A stretch of DNA of 63,992 nt, the filler included, from Acetivibrio sp. (GTDB lineage: Bacteria; Bacillota; Clostridia; Acetivibrionales; Acetivibrionaceae): assembly GCF_035371925.1 (NCBI RefSeq). It is 11 parts of 11 records of this genome, joined end to end, with 100 filler letters (N's around TTAATTAATTAA, not from the genome) between each part and the next. Parts side by side here need not be neighbours in the genome. Positions count along the whole stretch, not along the records: positions 26,286 to 32,422 come from NZ_DAORXT010000129.1; positions 32,523 to 38,539 come from NZ_DAORXT010000130.1; positions 38,640 to 44,526 come from NZ_DAORXT010000131.1; 8 more parts are not named here. One strand, 5' to 3'. Under the pieces are notes generated by a model, which did no database searches, was not told where the DNA came from, and saw only the letters and a list, made by a program, of their open reading frames with translations. Position numbers and translations under genes: made by a program. Numbering within the stretch: the stretch's first letter is position 1; each line of letters begins with the position of its first letter. Of the stretch, positions 29,747 through 40,901 are shown piece after piece.

Positions 29747-32278
29747 TTAAGCCGTAACAATTGAATTAGCTTCTTGGAGGGACAATTTTTCAATCGCTTG
29801 CTCACGCATTTTGTACTTCAATATTTTCCCTGCAGCATTCATCGGGAATTCCTTAACAAACTCAACATAGCGTGGAGTCTTGTGTTTTGCCATATGGGAA
29901 CGAACATAATCCTGCAGTTCCTCGGCAGTCATTGTCTCTCCATCTTTGAGAATTACGCAGGCCATAATTTCCTCACCATACTGTTTGTCGGGAACTCCTA
30001 TAACCTGAACATCGCTTACCTTTGGATGAGTATAAATAAAGTCTTCTATTTCCTTCGGATAAATATTCTCACCGCCGCGAATTATCATGTCTTTGATACG
30101 GCCGGTTATTTTGTAGTTGCCGTTTTCATCACGTCTTGCCATATCACCGGTATGGAGCCAACCGTCTTTGTCAATGGCTGCTGCCGTTGCTTCAGGCATC
30201 TTGTAGTAACCTTTCATAATATTGTATCCGCGGGCAACAAACTCACCATCGGTATTGTCAGGCAATTCCTCACCGGTTTGAGGGTCTACAATCTTACATT
30301 CAATACCCGGAAGAGGACGACCGACAGTGTTTACACGTACCTCAATAGGATCATCCACACGGCTCTGAGTACATCCAGGTGAAGCCTCAGTCTGACCGTA
30401 TACAATTGTTATCTCCTTCATATTCATTTTGTCCACTACATCCTGCATAACTTTTATAGGACATGGACTTCCGGCCATAATACCCGTTCTCATATGTGAG
30501 AAATCAGTCTTACTAAAGTCTTCGTGTTCCATCATTGCAATAAACATCGTAGGAACACCGTTGCAGACAGTTATCTTCTCGCGGTTAATGCAATCCAAAG
30601 ACACCTTCGGTGAAAAATACGGTATCGGACACATTGTAGCTCCGTGTGTCACCGAAGCTATCATTGAAAGCACCATTCCAAAGCAGTGGAACATAGGCAC
30701 TTGAATCAGCATGCGGTCGGCAGTGGAAAGGTCCATGCAGTCTCCGATACACTTTCCGTTGTTAATAACATTGTAGTGGGTAAGCATAACACCCTTCGGA
30801 AAACCTGTGGTTCCCGATGTGTACTGCATATTGCAGACATCATGCCTGCTGACTGCAAGCGCACGGCGGTAAACTTCCTCAACCGGCACTTTTTCAGCCA
30901 ATGCAACTGCCTCATCCCATGAGAGACACCCTTTTTGTTTTGAGTCAATAGTAATGATATTGCGCAGGAAAGGAAGCCTCTTAATATGCAGAGGTTTACC
31001 GGCCTCCGCCGTTTCAAGCTCCGGACAAAGCTCTTTGATAATGGCAATATAGTCCGAATCTTTAAACCCGTCAGTCATAACCAGTGTGTGGGTATCCGAC
31101 TGGCGGAGCAAATATTCAAGCTCATAAATTTTGTAAGCAGTATTTACGGTAACAAGCACCGCACCTATCTTGGTTGTTGCCCAGAATGTAATGAACCATT
31201 GAGGCACGTTGGTAGCCCAAACGGCAACGTGGTCACCCGGCTTTACTCCCAATGCTATAAGTGACCTTGCAAAAGTATCGACATCATCCCTAAACTGGGC
31301 ATAAGTTCTGGTATAATCCGTTGTAGTATACCGGAATGCATACTGATCGGGGAACTCTTCAACAACACGGTCCAATACTTGAGAGAATGTCAAATCAATC
31401 ATTGCATCCTTTTCCCAAATATATTTTCCGGTCTTTCTTTTATTGTCGTACAAACGCCCTCTTACTTCATTTCTTTTAGTATAGCGGTTCATATAGTTTG
31501 CAAAATTGGGGAAGACAACTCCGGCATCATCCAGGTCCGCAGCCCATCTCTTAACCCACTCAAGAGAAATATATCCCTCGTAGTTGATTGAACGAAGGGC
31601 CATCATGATGTCGTCAATCGGCAAATCTCCCTCACCCAACATGCGATATTGGATTTTTCCGTTTTCAACAACAGAGTCCTTGATATGTACATATTTTATG
31701 AATGCTCCAAGATTTTGCACCGTTTTACCGGGAGTCTCTCCGGCAAATCTATACGGATGATGTACATCCCACAGAGCTGCGACAGCATCACTGGCTACAC
31801 TCTCAAGAAGTGTGCACAGACGTTTGGTGTCGGAATAAACACCGTTGGTTTCCACAAGGAGTGTAACGCCCTTTTCTTCTGCGATAGGCGCAAGCTTTTT
31901 CAATGCTTCAATAACAACATTGTCATCCACCTCTCCCTGAGGTTCGGGCTCAAGATCTCCAAGGACACGAACAAAAGGAGTTCCAAGCTTGGAAGCCAGT
32001 GTAATGTACTGAACAACCTCCTCATGATTTTTGTCCGCATTCTCGGCAAATTTCAGGCAGCACCCTGAAGAAAAGCACGGAATTTCAAGACGAAGCTCCG
32101 AAAGCTTTTTTGCAGTCTGAGGCAGCTCAGATTCGGTAAAAGGCTGTGCTTTTACAGCAAAAATCTCATTTCCAAGCCCACGGATTTCGATACCGTCAAA
32201 TCCAAAATCCTTAGCCATGGAATAAATGTCCGTCCAACTAAAGTCAGGACAACCAAGTGTTGAAAACGCAATCTTCAT
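29747..32278 (-). CDS. Fusion of sugar-phosphate isomerase/epimerase-type TIM barrel and AMP-dependent acyl-CoA synthetase
   Basis: N-terminal GIEIRG, VETNG, WDVHH, HIKD, SLEW; C-terminal YTSGTTGFPKG, YGQTE, LHTGD, GKILK; one open frame; start after AGGAGG. Confidence 0.88.
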   Translation of the reverse strand: MKIAFSTLGCPDFSWTDIYSMAKDFGFDGIEIRGLGNEIFAVKAQPFTESELPQTAKKLSELRLEIPCFSSGCCLKFAENADKNHEEVVQYITLASKLGTPFVRVLGDLEPEPQGEVDDNVVIEALKKLAPIAEEKGVTLLVETNGVYSDTKRLCTLLESVASDAVAALWDVHHPYRFAGETPGKTVQNLGAFIKYVHIKDSVVENGKIQYRMLGEGDLPIDDIMMALRSINYEGYISLEWVKRWAADLDDAGVVFPNFANYMNRYTKRNEVRGRLYDNKRKTGKYIWEKDAMIDLTFSQVLDRVVEEFPDQYAFRYTTTDYTRTYAQFRDDVDTFARSLIALGVKPGDHVAVWATNVPQWFITFWATTKIGAVLVTVNTAYKIYELEYLLRQSDTHTLVMTDGFKDSDYIAIIKELCPELETAEAGKPLHIKRLPFLRNIITIDSKQKGCLSWDEAVALAEKVPVEEVYRRALAVSRHDVCNMQYTSGTTGFPKGVMLTHYNVINNGKCIGDCMDLSTADRMLIQVPMFHCFGMVLSMIASVTHGATMCPIPYFSPKVSLDCINREKITVCNGVPTMFIAMMEHEDFSKTDFSHMRTGIMAGSPCPIKVMQDVVDKMNMKEITIVYGQTEASPGCTQSRVDDPIEVRVNTVGRPLPGIECKIVDPQTGEELPDNTDGEFVARGYNIMKGYYKMPEATAAAIDKDGWLHTGDMARRDENGNYKITGRIKDMIIRGGENIYPKEIEDFIYTHPKVSDVQVIGVPDKQYGEEIMACVILKDGETMTAEELQDYVRSHMAKHKTPRYVEFVKEFPMNAAGKILKYKMREQAIEKLSLQEANSIVTA

Positions 32279-32321
32279 AACATTCCTCCTATAATCCCAG
32301 TTTTTTAAACTTATGAAAACT

Positions 32322-32366
32322 AAAAAAGCTTTCACCTCATAACATATATATGTTAGAGACGAAAGC
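32322..32366 (-). promoter_or_regulatory. Attenuator-like terminator hairpin in the 5' leader
   Basis: On minus strand GCTTTCGTCTCTAACATA...TGTTATGAGGTGAAAGC followed by T6, about 45 nt before the start codon. Confidence 0.65.
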
Positions 32367-32422
32367 CATCGTTTCTTTTGCAGTTATAGTTTAAAAGAAA
32401 AATTACCAAAGGCAATAATACA

Positions 32423-32522
32423 NNNNNNNNNNNNNNNNNNNNNNNNNNNNNNNNNNNNNNNNNNNNTTAATTAATTAANNNNNNNNNNNNNNNNNNNNNN
32501 NNNNNNNNNNNNNNNNNNNNNN
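32423..32522. other. Artificial contig linker
   Basis: N44-TTAATTAATTAA-N44. Confidence 0.99.
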
Positions 32523-32681
32523 ACTTGTGAATGAGAATTGCAAAAAAATAGTATTATTTTATAATGTTTTATATTATAATGTAAAATATAAGGAGTTTTT
32601 TGAGAGAAGGATTATAATATTAGGTGACAGACCTTATAATTATATGTTTAAAATTATTTGTATTTAAAGCGGGGTAATGTA

Positions 32682-33491
32682 ATGAAGGGTGAGATTTCAG
32701 TTTTAATTGCCGATGATAATGTAGAATTTGCAAAATTGCTAAAGGAATATATGAACCAATATGAAGACATAGAAGTTTTAGAACTTGCAAAAGACGGTTT
32801 ACAGGCCATAGAAATGGTTATATCCAAAAAACCTGATGTGGTTGTGCTTGATATTATTATGCCCAATTTAGACGGCTTGGGAGTTTTGGAAAGGCTGTCC
32901 ACCATGCAGCTAGAGTACAGACCTATCTTTATTGTCCTTTCGGCAATTGGGCAGGATGTATTCGTACAAAGAGCCGTTAGTCTCGGCGCGGAATATTATA
33001 TAATCAAACCTTTTGATGTTGAAGTGCTGGTTACGAGAATAAGGCAGTTGTACAGGGAAAAAACAACGTCCGTTTTCTCAAGCAAACCGATTATCAAGAA
33101 TTCTGAGCTTTTAAGCGGCAACGTTGACAGAAATTATGACCTTGAAGTTGAAGTTACCAACTTGATGCATGAGGTAGGTATTCCTCCCCATATGGCCGGT
33201 TATCAGTACCTTCGAGAGGCGGTTATTCAAACTGTGAAGAATTCGAAAGTGTTTACGTCTGTGACAAAGACTTTATACCCTGCTGTGGCTGAAAAGTACA
33301 ACACTACGCCTCAAAAAGTCGAAAGGGCAATAAGAAATGCCATTGAGAGTGCCTGGGCAAGAGGAAATCCCGATACGGTGGATGCGTTGTTCGGATACAC
33401 CATCAATTACAGCAAAGGAAAACCTACGAATTCGGAATGCATAGCAATGATGGCCGATAAGATAAGGATAACCTTGGGGTTGAGACCATAA
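32682..33491 (+). CDS. Spo0A-family response regulator (divergent paralog)
   Basis: Receiver LDIIMPNLDGLGVLE plus Spo0A C-domain GIPPHMAGYQYLREA, VERAIRNAIE, KPTNSECIAM. Confidence 0.9.
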   Translation: MKGEISVLIADDNVEFAKLLKEYMNQYEDIEVLELAKDGLQAIEMVISKKPDVVVLDIIMPNLDGLGVLERLSTMQLEYRPIFIVLSAIGQDVFVQRAVSLGAEYYIIKPFDVEVLVTRIRQLYREKTTSVFSSKPIIKNSELLSGNVDRNYDLEVEVTNLMHEVGIPPHMAGYQYLREAVIQTVKNSKVFTSVTKTLYPAVAEKYNTTPQKVERAIRNAIESAWARGNPDTVDALFGYTINYSKGKPTNSECIAMMADKIRITLGLRP

Positions 33492-33510
33492 ATAAATCTT
33501 GATAATAATC

Positions 33511-33540
33511 TAAAAGACCTGTCATATGACAGGTCTTTTA
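33511..33540. terminator. Perfect 30-bp palindrome, bidirectional terminator between convergent genes
   Basis: TAAAAGACCTGTCATATGACAGGTCTTTTA is its own reverse complement. Confidence 0.85.
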
Positions 33541-33551
33541 ATAAGAATTTA

Positions 33552-33827
33552 TTACTTGTTAACTATTTCCCTTAATTCTTTTCCTGCTTTAAATACAGGA
33601 GCTTTAGATGCGGGGATTGTGATTTCTTCTTTTGTTTGAGGATTTCTTCCTTTTCTGGCAGCTCTGTCTTTAACTATAAAAGTACCGAAGCCAACAAGTG
33701 CCACTTTATCACCGTTCTTAAGCGCTTCTTCAACAGAGGCAATAAAAGCATTCAAAGCAGCTTCACTGTTTTTTTTGCTCAGACCTGATTTAGAAGCAAT
33801 AGAGTTTACCAATTCAGTTTTATTCAT
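33552..33827 (-). CDS. hup: Histone-like DNA-binding protein HU
   Basis: [29 protein letters not shown]. Confidence 0.96.
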   Translation of the reverse strand: MNKTELVNSIASKSGLSKKNSEAALNAFIASVEEALKNGDKVALVGFGTFIVKDRAARKGRNPQTKEEITIPASKAPVFKAGKELREIVNK

Positions 33828-34016
33828 GTACACAACCTCCTAAATTTGGAATTCGACAATATTTTATAATGAAAATCGCGCAAAGTCAAGCAATTACAAA
33901 TAATTTAATGGAATAAATCAAATTTTTTTGTAAAAAATCAATTATTAATTGCATAGTTATACATTCTGATGTATAATATATGACTAAACTTGTCAAGAAC
34001 AAGCCGTCAAACAAAG

Positions 34017-34430
34017 TTATCCAATTCCAATTTGAGGAACAACGTGAATTTCAACATTACTCAAAAGACTTTTTAACTCGTTGTAAAAATTATTCTCTTT
34101 GTGGTCGTTGGGAGATTCCCCCATTACTATGTGGTTAATTTTATTATCCTTTGCAAAATCTACTATAGTTTGAACAATATTATCGGATTTTAAAACGGAG
34201 AGGTTGGCACCGACCGATTTTGATATTTTAAACAAATATTCCAAAGCTTCTCCCTCTTTTATGTTGTCCAAGAAGTTCCATTCATTTTTAGCAACATGTA
34301 TAACAAAGAGTTCGCCCTTCAATTCGTTTCTTAAATCTGCGGCTTTTAATATCAGTCTTTCACAAGTAATCTGTTGTGTTACACATACTAAAATGTTCTG
34401 AGGTGAACTCAAGACAAAAACCCCTTTCAT
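34017..34430 (-). CDS. Universal stress protein (UspA/KdpD-like) domain protein
   Basis: ILVCVT, LFVIHV, HIVMGES, EIHVVP. Confidence 0.8.
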   Translation of the reverse strand: MKGVFVLSSPQNILVCVTQQITCERLILKAADLRNELKGELFVIHVAKNEWNFLDNIKEGEALEYLFKISKSVGANLSVLKSDNIVQTIVDFAKDNKINHIVMGESPNDHKENNFYNELKSLLSNVEIHVVPQIGIG

Positions 34431-34748
34431 AAGATGCTTACGGCAAATAAATATTGAGAAAATATAAGGTCTATAAACCGCTATACAGTCAGCATAATAT
34501 TTATATGCAATTTATTTAATTAAAATCAGTAAAGTTTAATCCAACAAATGGTTTGGCAGGCAATTTTGAAGCAGCCCCTTATACTTTTATTATATCAGAG
34601 ATACTTAAAAAAGTCTTATCTATTTATCAAAAAATGTTTGACAAATCTTTGTACTTTGTTTGCTTGCAAAATAGGCTTTTGTGTACTAGAATTAAATTTG
34701 CGGAAAACTAAGCTTTAAAGTTGAAGAAACAAGAGGTCGGGGGATGTC

Positions 34749-35591
34749 ATGAGAACAATTCATATTGATAGTATTATTGAAGCAGTAGAAAAGCTTTGTA
34801 TCGACTCAAATTATTATCTTAACGATGATATGGTAAAAGGCCTCGAAAAAGGTTTTGAGAAAGAAGAGTCGGACAATGGCAGGGAAATTTTGAGCAAGAT
34901 TATTGAAAATGCACAGATAGCAAGGGAAAGGTCCATGGCAATCTGTCAGGATACGGGAATGGCTGTTGTTTTTGCAGACATAGGCCAGGATGTACATATC
35001 ATGGGAGGAAGCCTTACTGACGCAATCAATGAAGGGGTCAGAAGAGGTTATGAAAAAGGTTATCTTAGAAAGTCGGTTGTAAACGACCCGATAGAGAGGA
35101 TAAACACAAAGGATAATACTCCGGCTGTGATTCATTATAACATAATTGACGGGGACAAAATAAAGATAACAGTTGCACCTAAGGGCTTCGGAAGTGAAAA
35201 TATGAGTGCCCTAAAAATGCTTACACCTTCGCAGGGAATAGAAGGGGTTAAGAACTTTATAATTGAGACGGTTGAAAAAGCAGGGCCGAATCCCTGTCCT
35301 CCTATTGTCGTTGGAGTGGGTATAGGGGGTACCATGGAAAAGGCTGCGTTTTTGGCCAAAAAGGCCCTTTTAAGGCCTATAGATAAAAGAAATGACGTTC
35401 CGTATTTAAAAGAGCTGGAAGAGGAAATGCTGGAGCGTATAAACAGGCTGGGTATAGGTCCTGCGGGACTGGGAGGCAGAATTACAGCCTTGGGAGTGAA
35501 CATTGAGGTGTTTCCAACCCATATTGCAGGTCTTCCGGTGGCGGTGAATATAAACTGTCATGCAACAAGACATGCAGAAGCCGTTATTTAA
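34749..35591 (+). CDS. Class I fumarate hydratase / tartrate dehydratase alpha subunit
   Basis: [30 protein letters not shown]. Confidence 0.93.
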   Translation: MRTIHIDSIIEAVEKLCIDSNYYLNDDMVKGLEKGFEKEESDNGREILSKIIENAQIARERSMAICQDTGMAVVFADIGQDVHIMGGSLTDAINEGVRRGYEKGYLRKSVVNDPIERINTKDNTPAVIHYNIIDGDKIKITVAPKGFGSENMSALKMLTPSQGIEGVKNFIIETVEKAGPNPCPPIVVGVGIGGTMEKAAFLAKKALLRPIDKRNDVPYLKELEEEMLERINRLGIGPAGLGGRITALGVNIEVFPTHIAGLPVAVNINCHATRHAEAVI

Positions 35592-35621
35592 ATGTTAGTT
35601 ATTCTGTGAAAGGTGGTAAAT

Positions 35622-36176
35622 ATGAAATACATAATTGAAGCGCCTTTGACTGAAAAAAAGGCAAGAGAGCTCAGAGCCGGAAATGTTGTAAGTATCAATG
35701 GAACAATATACACGGCCAGGGATGCGGCCCATAAAAAAATGGTAAGCCTTGTACAGGAGGGCAAGCCGCTGCCCTTTGACATAAGAGACCAGATAATATA
35801 TTATGTGGGTCCTTGCCCCGCAAAACCCGGTGAAGTTATAGGTTCGGCAGGTCCGACAACCAGCAGCAGAATGGACGCTTATGCTCCTTGTCTGATAGAG
35901 CTCGGGTTAAAAGGTATGATAGGCAAGGGATTGAGAAGCGAAGCGGTTGTAGATGCAATGAAAAGTTGTGGTGCTGTGTATTTTGGAGCAATTGGAGGGG
36001 CGGGAGCCCTGATTGCGAAGTCGATTGTTGCAGAAGAATTGATTGCTTTTCCCGAGCTTGGGACAGAGGCAATAAGAAAGCTTACTGTTAAAGATTTTCC
36101 TGCAATTGTAATAATCGACAGCTACGGAAACAATCTTTACAAGGCGGGCAGAGAAAAATACCAAATAGTTTCTTAG
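35622..36176 (+). CDS. Class I fumarate hydratase / tartrate dehydratase beta subunit
   Basis: TARDAAHK, GPTTSSRMD, MIGKG. Confidence 0.93.
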   Translation: MKYIIEAPLTEKKARELRAGNVVSINGTIYTARDAAHKKMVSLVQEGKPLPFDIRDQIIYYVGPCPAKPGEVIGSAGPTTSSRMDAYAPCLIELGLKGMIGKGLRSEAVVDAMKSCGAVYFGAIGGAGALIAKSIVAEELIAFPELGTEAIRKLTVKDFPAIVIIDSYGNNLYKAGREKYQIVS

Positions 36177-36286
36177 TGAAGGCATTTATAAATCAAAAAA
36201 CAGGGTATATTTTTATTCAACAATAGTGTATAATAAATTTTAGGTCAGCTAGATGCTTAATATTTAAAAGATTTGGAGGGATAGAG

Positions 36287-36490
36287 ATGAGCAAGATTAC
36301 AAAGGATATGATTATAGCAGATGTACTGCAAATGGACAGAGGTACTGCTCCCATATTTATAAACAACGGAATGCATTGCCTCGGATGCCCGTCTTCAATG
36401 GGTGAGAGTATTGAAGATGCCTGTGCAGTTCATGGAATAGATGTCAACAAGCTTGTTAAGGAGCTTAATGATTATTTCGAAAATAAATAA
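36287..36490 (+). CDS. DUF1858 small Cys-containing protein
   Basis: GMHCLGCP, ESIEDACAVHGID. Confidence 0.9.
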   Translation: MSKITKDMIIADVLQMDRGTAPIFINNGMHCLGCPSSMGESIEDACAVHGIDVNKLVKELNDYFENK

Positions 36491-36668
36491 TGCCTTGGAA
36501 GCAATTAGCTCTAGAGCACTATAAACTGTTGCATTATTAGCGTTTCTTAATTAATTTTAAAATTAATATGAAATCAATCTAAAGCAAGAAAATAAGACAT
36601 TTTATGTCTTATTTTTTTACGCCTTTACCTATATAAGTTTATTAGCATTTCTGCTTTAGTTACAATCA

Positions 36669-36713
36669 AAATCCGAACTATTCGGGGTGAATTTTGAGTG
36701 AATGTTCGTATAT
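36669..36713. promoter_or_regulatory. Pair of inverted PurBoxes (PurR operator) upstream of purA
   Basis: AAATCCGAACTAT matches AWWWCCGAACWWT; second copy AATGTTCGTATAT is inverted with one mismatch. Confidence 0.7.
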
Positions 36714-36929
36714 TTGGTTGTTTTTATGAAGTAGAAATGTTATTATATAATAGTGATTAGTTTAGGTTGTAATTAACTGATTTTGAAGTTATAATTTAAA
36801 TGTTCCAAAAAATTAGGAATGCAGTACCATTAAAATATACTGGCAGCGAACAAGCTTTGTGTTTTACAGCTCCAAACGTTGTCTGAGGATAAGCCGCAAT
36901 TTTATATAAGAATTTAATGCGGTTTATGA

Positions 36930-38243
<1,314 letters not shown>

Positions 38244-38314
38244 AAACTAAAAATACAGAGCGTATATATTCGTCAAGCTTGAAAACAGGTTGGTTGTTAC
38301 GGTCTTGCAAACAC

Positions 38315-38347
38315 TCAAAACTGCTCAAAAACTATGAGCAGTTTTGA
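38315..38347 (+). terminator. Inverted repeat downstream of purA
   Basis: TCAAAACTGCTCA / TGAGCAGTTTTGA. Confidence 0.65.
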
Positions 38348-38484
38348 ATTGTTTGCGGCTAAAGAAATAGTATCCATAAAGAAATTAAAAAATTACAAAA
38401 AAATTTTAAAAAAATCAGTTGACAGAACTATATGACCTGTTGTAATATATATAACTGTGTGATGCAGAAATCGCAAGTAAGTTT

Positions 38485-38539
38485 GGGCCATTAGCTCAGT
38501 TGGCAGAGCACATGACTTTTAATCATGGTGTCCCGCGTT
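38485..38539 (+). tRNA. tRNA-Lys(UUU), 3' part lost in gap
   Basis: GGGCCATTAGCTCAGTTGGCAGAGC D-arm; CATGA-CTTTTAA-TCATG anticodon arm. Confidence 0.9.
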
Positions 38540-38639
38540 NNNNNNNNNNNNNNNNNNNNNNNNNNNNNNNNNNNNNNNNNNNNTTAATTAATTAANNNNN
38601 NNNNNNNNNNNNNNNNNNNNNNNNNNNNNNNNNNNNNNN
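38540..38639. other. Artificial contig linker
   Basis: N44-TTAATTAATTAA-N44. Confidence 0.99.
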
Positions 38640-38815
38640 GGAGGAATAAATATTTCATTGATTGTATAGTGTTTTTCTCTTATTATAATTAAAGCATAAG
38701 TTTTTACCCCCTGTGCATATAAAGCACAAATATTGAAATTGTATTCTCTTTTCTGATGGTGGTTATTTTTGTATTTTGTTAATAAATCTTATAATAACCA
38801 ACAATGTCTAGGTAC

Positions 38816-38851
38816 AAGATGGAGAAAGTGTGAAATTGCTTTCTCCATCTT
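38816..38851 (-). terminator. Terminator after RMD1-like pair
   Basis: AAGATGGAGAAAG / CTTTCTCCATCTT inverted repeat. Confidence 0.75.
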
Positions 38852-38869
38852 TCTATATTATTCATAATC

Positions 38870-39688
38870 TTATATGATATGGGCCAGTGAAAAAAGGGAC
38901 AGCAGAAATATTTCAAATATAAGCAGGCGTTTTTCTGTTTCGCTGTAGCTTAATGATGAATAAAGGCTTACTATTTTTCTAAGGTCTTTTATTTTACTTT
39001 GCATTATGTTGAATCGATCGCCAAATTCATAATAATCTGCAAGGATATCATATATTTCATTTGATTTTATACTGTGCTTGTCAAGCGAGGGATGCTCGAA
39101 TATTCTGATACAGCTCATGCTTTCAAATTCAAACCTCAGGATTTTAGCCATTATGGTGCAGGATTTTTTGGTAAATGTCAGCAGACGCCTTTTTTGTAGT
39201 AAAATTATAAATTTTTCCGCTTCATCCAGCAAGGTGTTCAATTGCGTTTCAAAAAGGTCCATTTGAGTTGAGCGGGCTAAAATAATGGACAGGATGTGGT
39301 CTATGTTTTTGTCGTAATCAACCCTTATGTCACTGTTTTCCCAAAGGCTGCAGCTTCCATCTTCATCGATTGAAATATTATGGCTTTCGTGATATTTGGG
39401 CATAAGGTTGTAATTTATTTTTGAAGTTATCGATTCCAAATACTTAAGAAAGCTGTAAATCTCTTTATCAGTAAAATTTACAAAGGAAATGCAGCCGTAT
39501 TTAAAAAGATAAACGGCCTTATCCTCAGTGTGGTATTTTAAAATTGCATCAAGCTGATTGCCGGCTACCAATATATATTCATCCCAGGTGAATTTCATAT
39601 TGGCTTTGAGTAAAGCGGCAATCTTGTCTAAAGGAAGAGAGGTTGCAACCTTGTAGCTTGTAAAGTGAACCGTTTTCATATCTACCAA
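38870..39688 (-). CDS. RMD1/DUF155-family protein (divergent paralog)
   Basis: VYLFKYGCISFVN, ILARSTQMDLFE, YEFGDRFNIMQSKI, C-terminal TM. Confidence 0.72.
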   Translation of the reverse strand: MVDMKTVHFTSYKVATSLPLDKIAALLKANMKFTWDEYILVAGNQLDAILKYHTEDKAVYLFKYGCISFVNFTDKEIYSFLKYLESITSKINYNLMPKYHESHNISIDEDGSCSLWENSDIRVDYDKNIDHILSIILARSTQMDLFETQLNTLLDEAEKFIILLQKRRLLTFTKKSCTIMAKILRFEFESMSCIRIFEHPSLDKHSIKSNEIYDILADYYEFGDRFNIMQSKIKDLRKIVSLYSSLSYSETEKRLLIFEIFLLSLFSLAHII

Positions 39689-39701
39689 TTCCCCGCCGAA
39701 A

Positions 39702-40535
39702 TTACTTTAATAAGTCTGCTACCATAAGGACTACTTCCACAAGTATCAGTATAACTATAACCCACTCAACGAAAAGCCCTCTTATTGAATGGCTTATCGA
39801 AGAAAAACCGCTAAGTACATTGTTGAGAATATCGGTTTTTTCCTTTAGTGTAATATATCTGTCATTCAGTTCGAAAAATTCCGACATCATGTCATAAAGA
39901 TTTTTTGCATCGCTGTTGGTCCAGGTGATGTCCGGCTTGTCAAGTATCATTATGTAAGCTATTGTGTTATACTCATGACGCACAATTTTTGATGTGGTTT
40001 TTGCAATTTCTTTGTTGCCGACATTGAGTTTTCCTTTCTCCAGCTTGTCAATCATGGTCTCGAGTGTGTCCAGGATGGTGCTTAAGTGTTCTTCGGTTTT
40101 TTCCAATGCCACTGATTTGGCAATAACAGTGGAAACAAGCTCCGGATAAAAGACTTCAAACTTCGGCACGGTCAGATAACTGTCGGTGAGCTCAATTTCG
40201 GCATTTTCCCTGACTTGAAGCTCATAATCGTCGGAATACTGTTTGTAGTTTTCAACATCAATATCAATCTTTTCTTTTTTTAAATATTCGATAAAAAGCT
40301 TTTCATCTTCGGAAGGAGAGTTAATGAAAACAATGCTTCCGAAGGAGAATACAAGAATCTTCTCACCTTCGGGAATGTCTTTACCGAAAATTTCGGACAA
40401 AACGTTTTCATTTAGGATAAGAGGCTCCTCCCAGGTATATTTTTTAGGGATGTTGCATTTTGCGGCAATTCTGTTCAGGTCTATTTCGTTTGTTACTGCA
40501 TAGGCCTTAAAAACCATTTTATCCAACCTCATCAC
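39702..40535 (-). CDS. RMD1/DUF155-family protein
   Basis: VFSFGSIVFIN, IAKSVALE, DKPDITW, FFELNDRY, EWVIVILILVE. Confidence 0.85.
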   Translation of the reverse strand: MMRLDKMVFKAYAVTNEIDLNRIAAKCNIPKKYTWEEPLILNENVLSEIFGKDIPEGEKILVFSFGSIVFINSPSEDEKLFIEYLKKEKIDIDVENYKQYSDDYELQVRENAEIELTDSYLTVPKFEVFYPELVSTVIAKSVALEKTEEHLSTILDTLETMIDKLEKGKLNVGNKEIAKTTSKIVRHEYNTIAYIMILDKPDITWTNSDAKNLYDMMSEFFELNDRYITLKEKTDILNNVLSGFSSISHSIRGLFVEWVIVILILVEVVLMVADLLK

Positions 40536-40901
40536 CTTCAGTCTCTATTTTAAACATATTTGCCAGTGCTATTTCTTTTATAGATTGCTTTAAAATCAGC
40601 AACATTATCAGTGGTATAATATAACAATGGGAAAGGTGTTAAATTTTAGAAAACAAACATTTTATATTGTAAAACAGTACAAAATTACAAAAGGGAATTC
40701 TTGATGACAATTATATCACAACAAAACTCTAATGAAAAGGTGATACTTTTAGTTGTTCATAAATTCTTCAAAGAAGGATTTTTATATATGCTTGTAGAAA
40801 ATATAAATCAGGAAATATTATTCTATCACTGTCACACAGGTTAAAGGTCGCATGTGCTAAAAACAATGGTCTTGCTTTATATCACAGGAGGGCAATGATA
40901 T

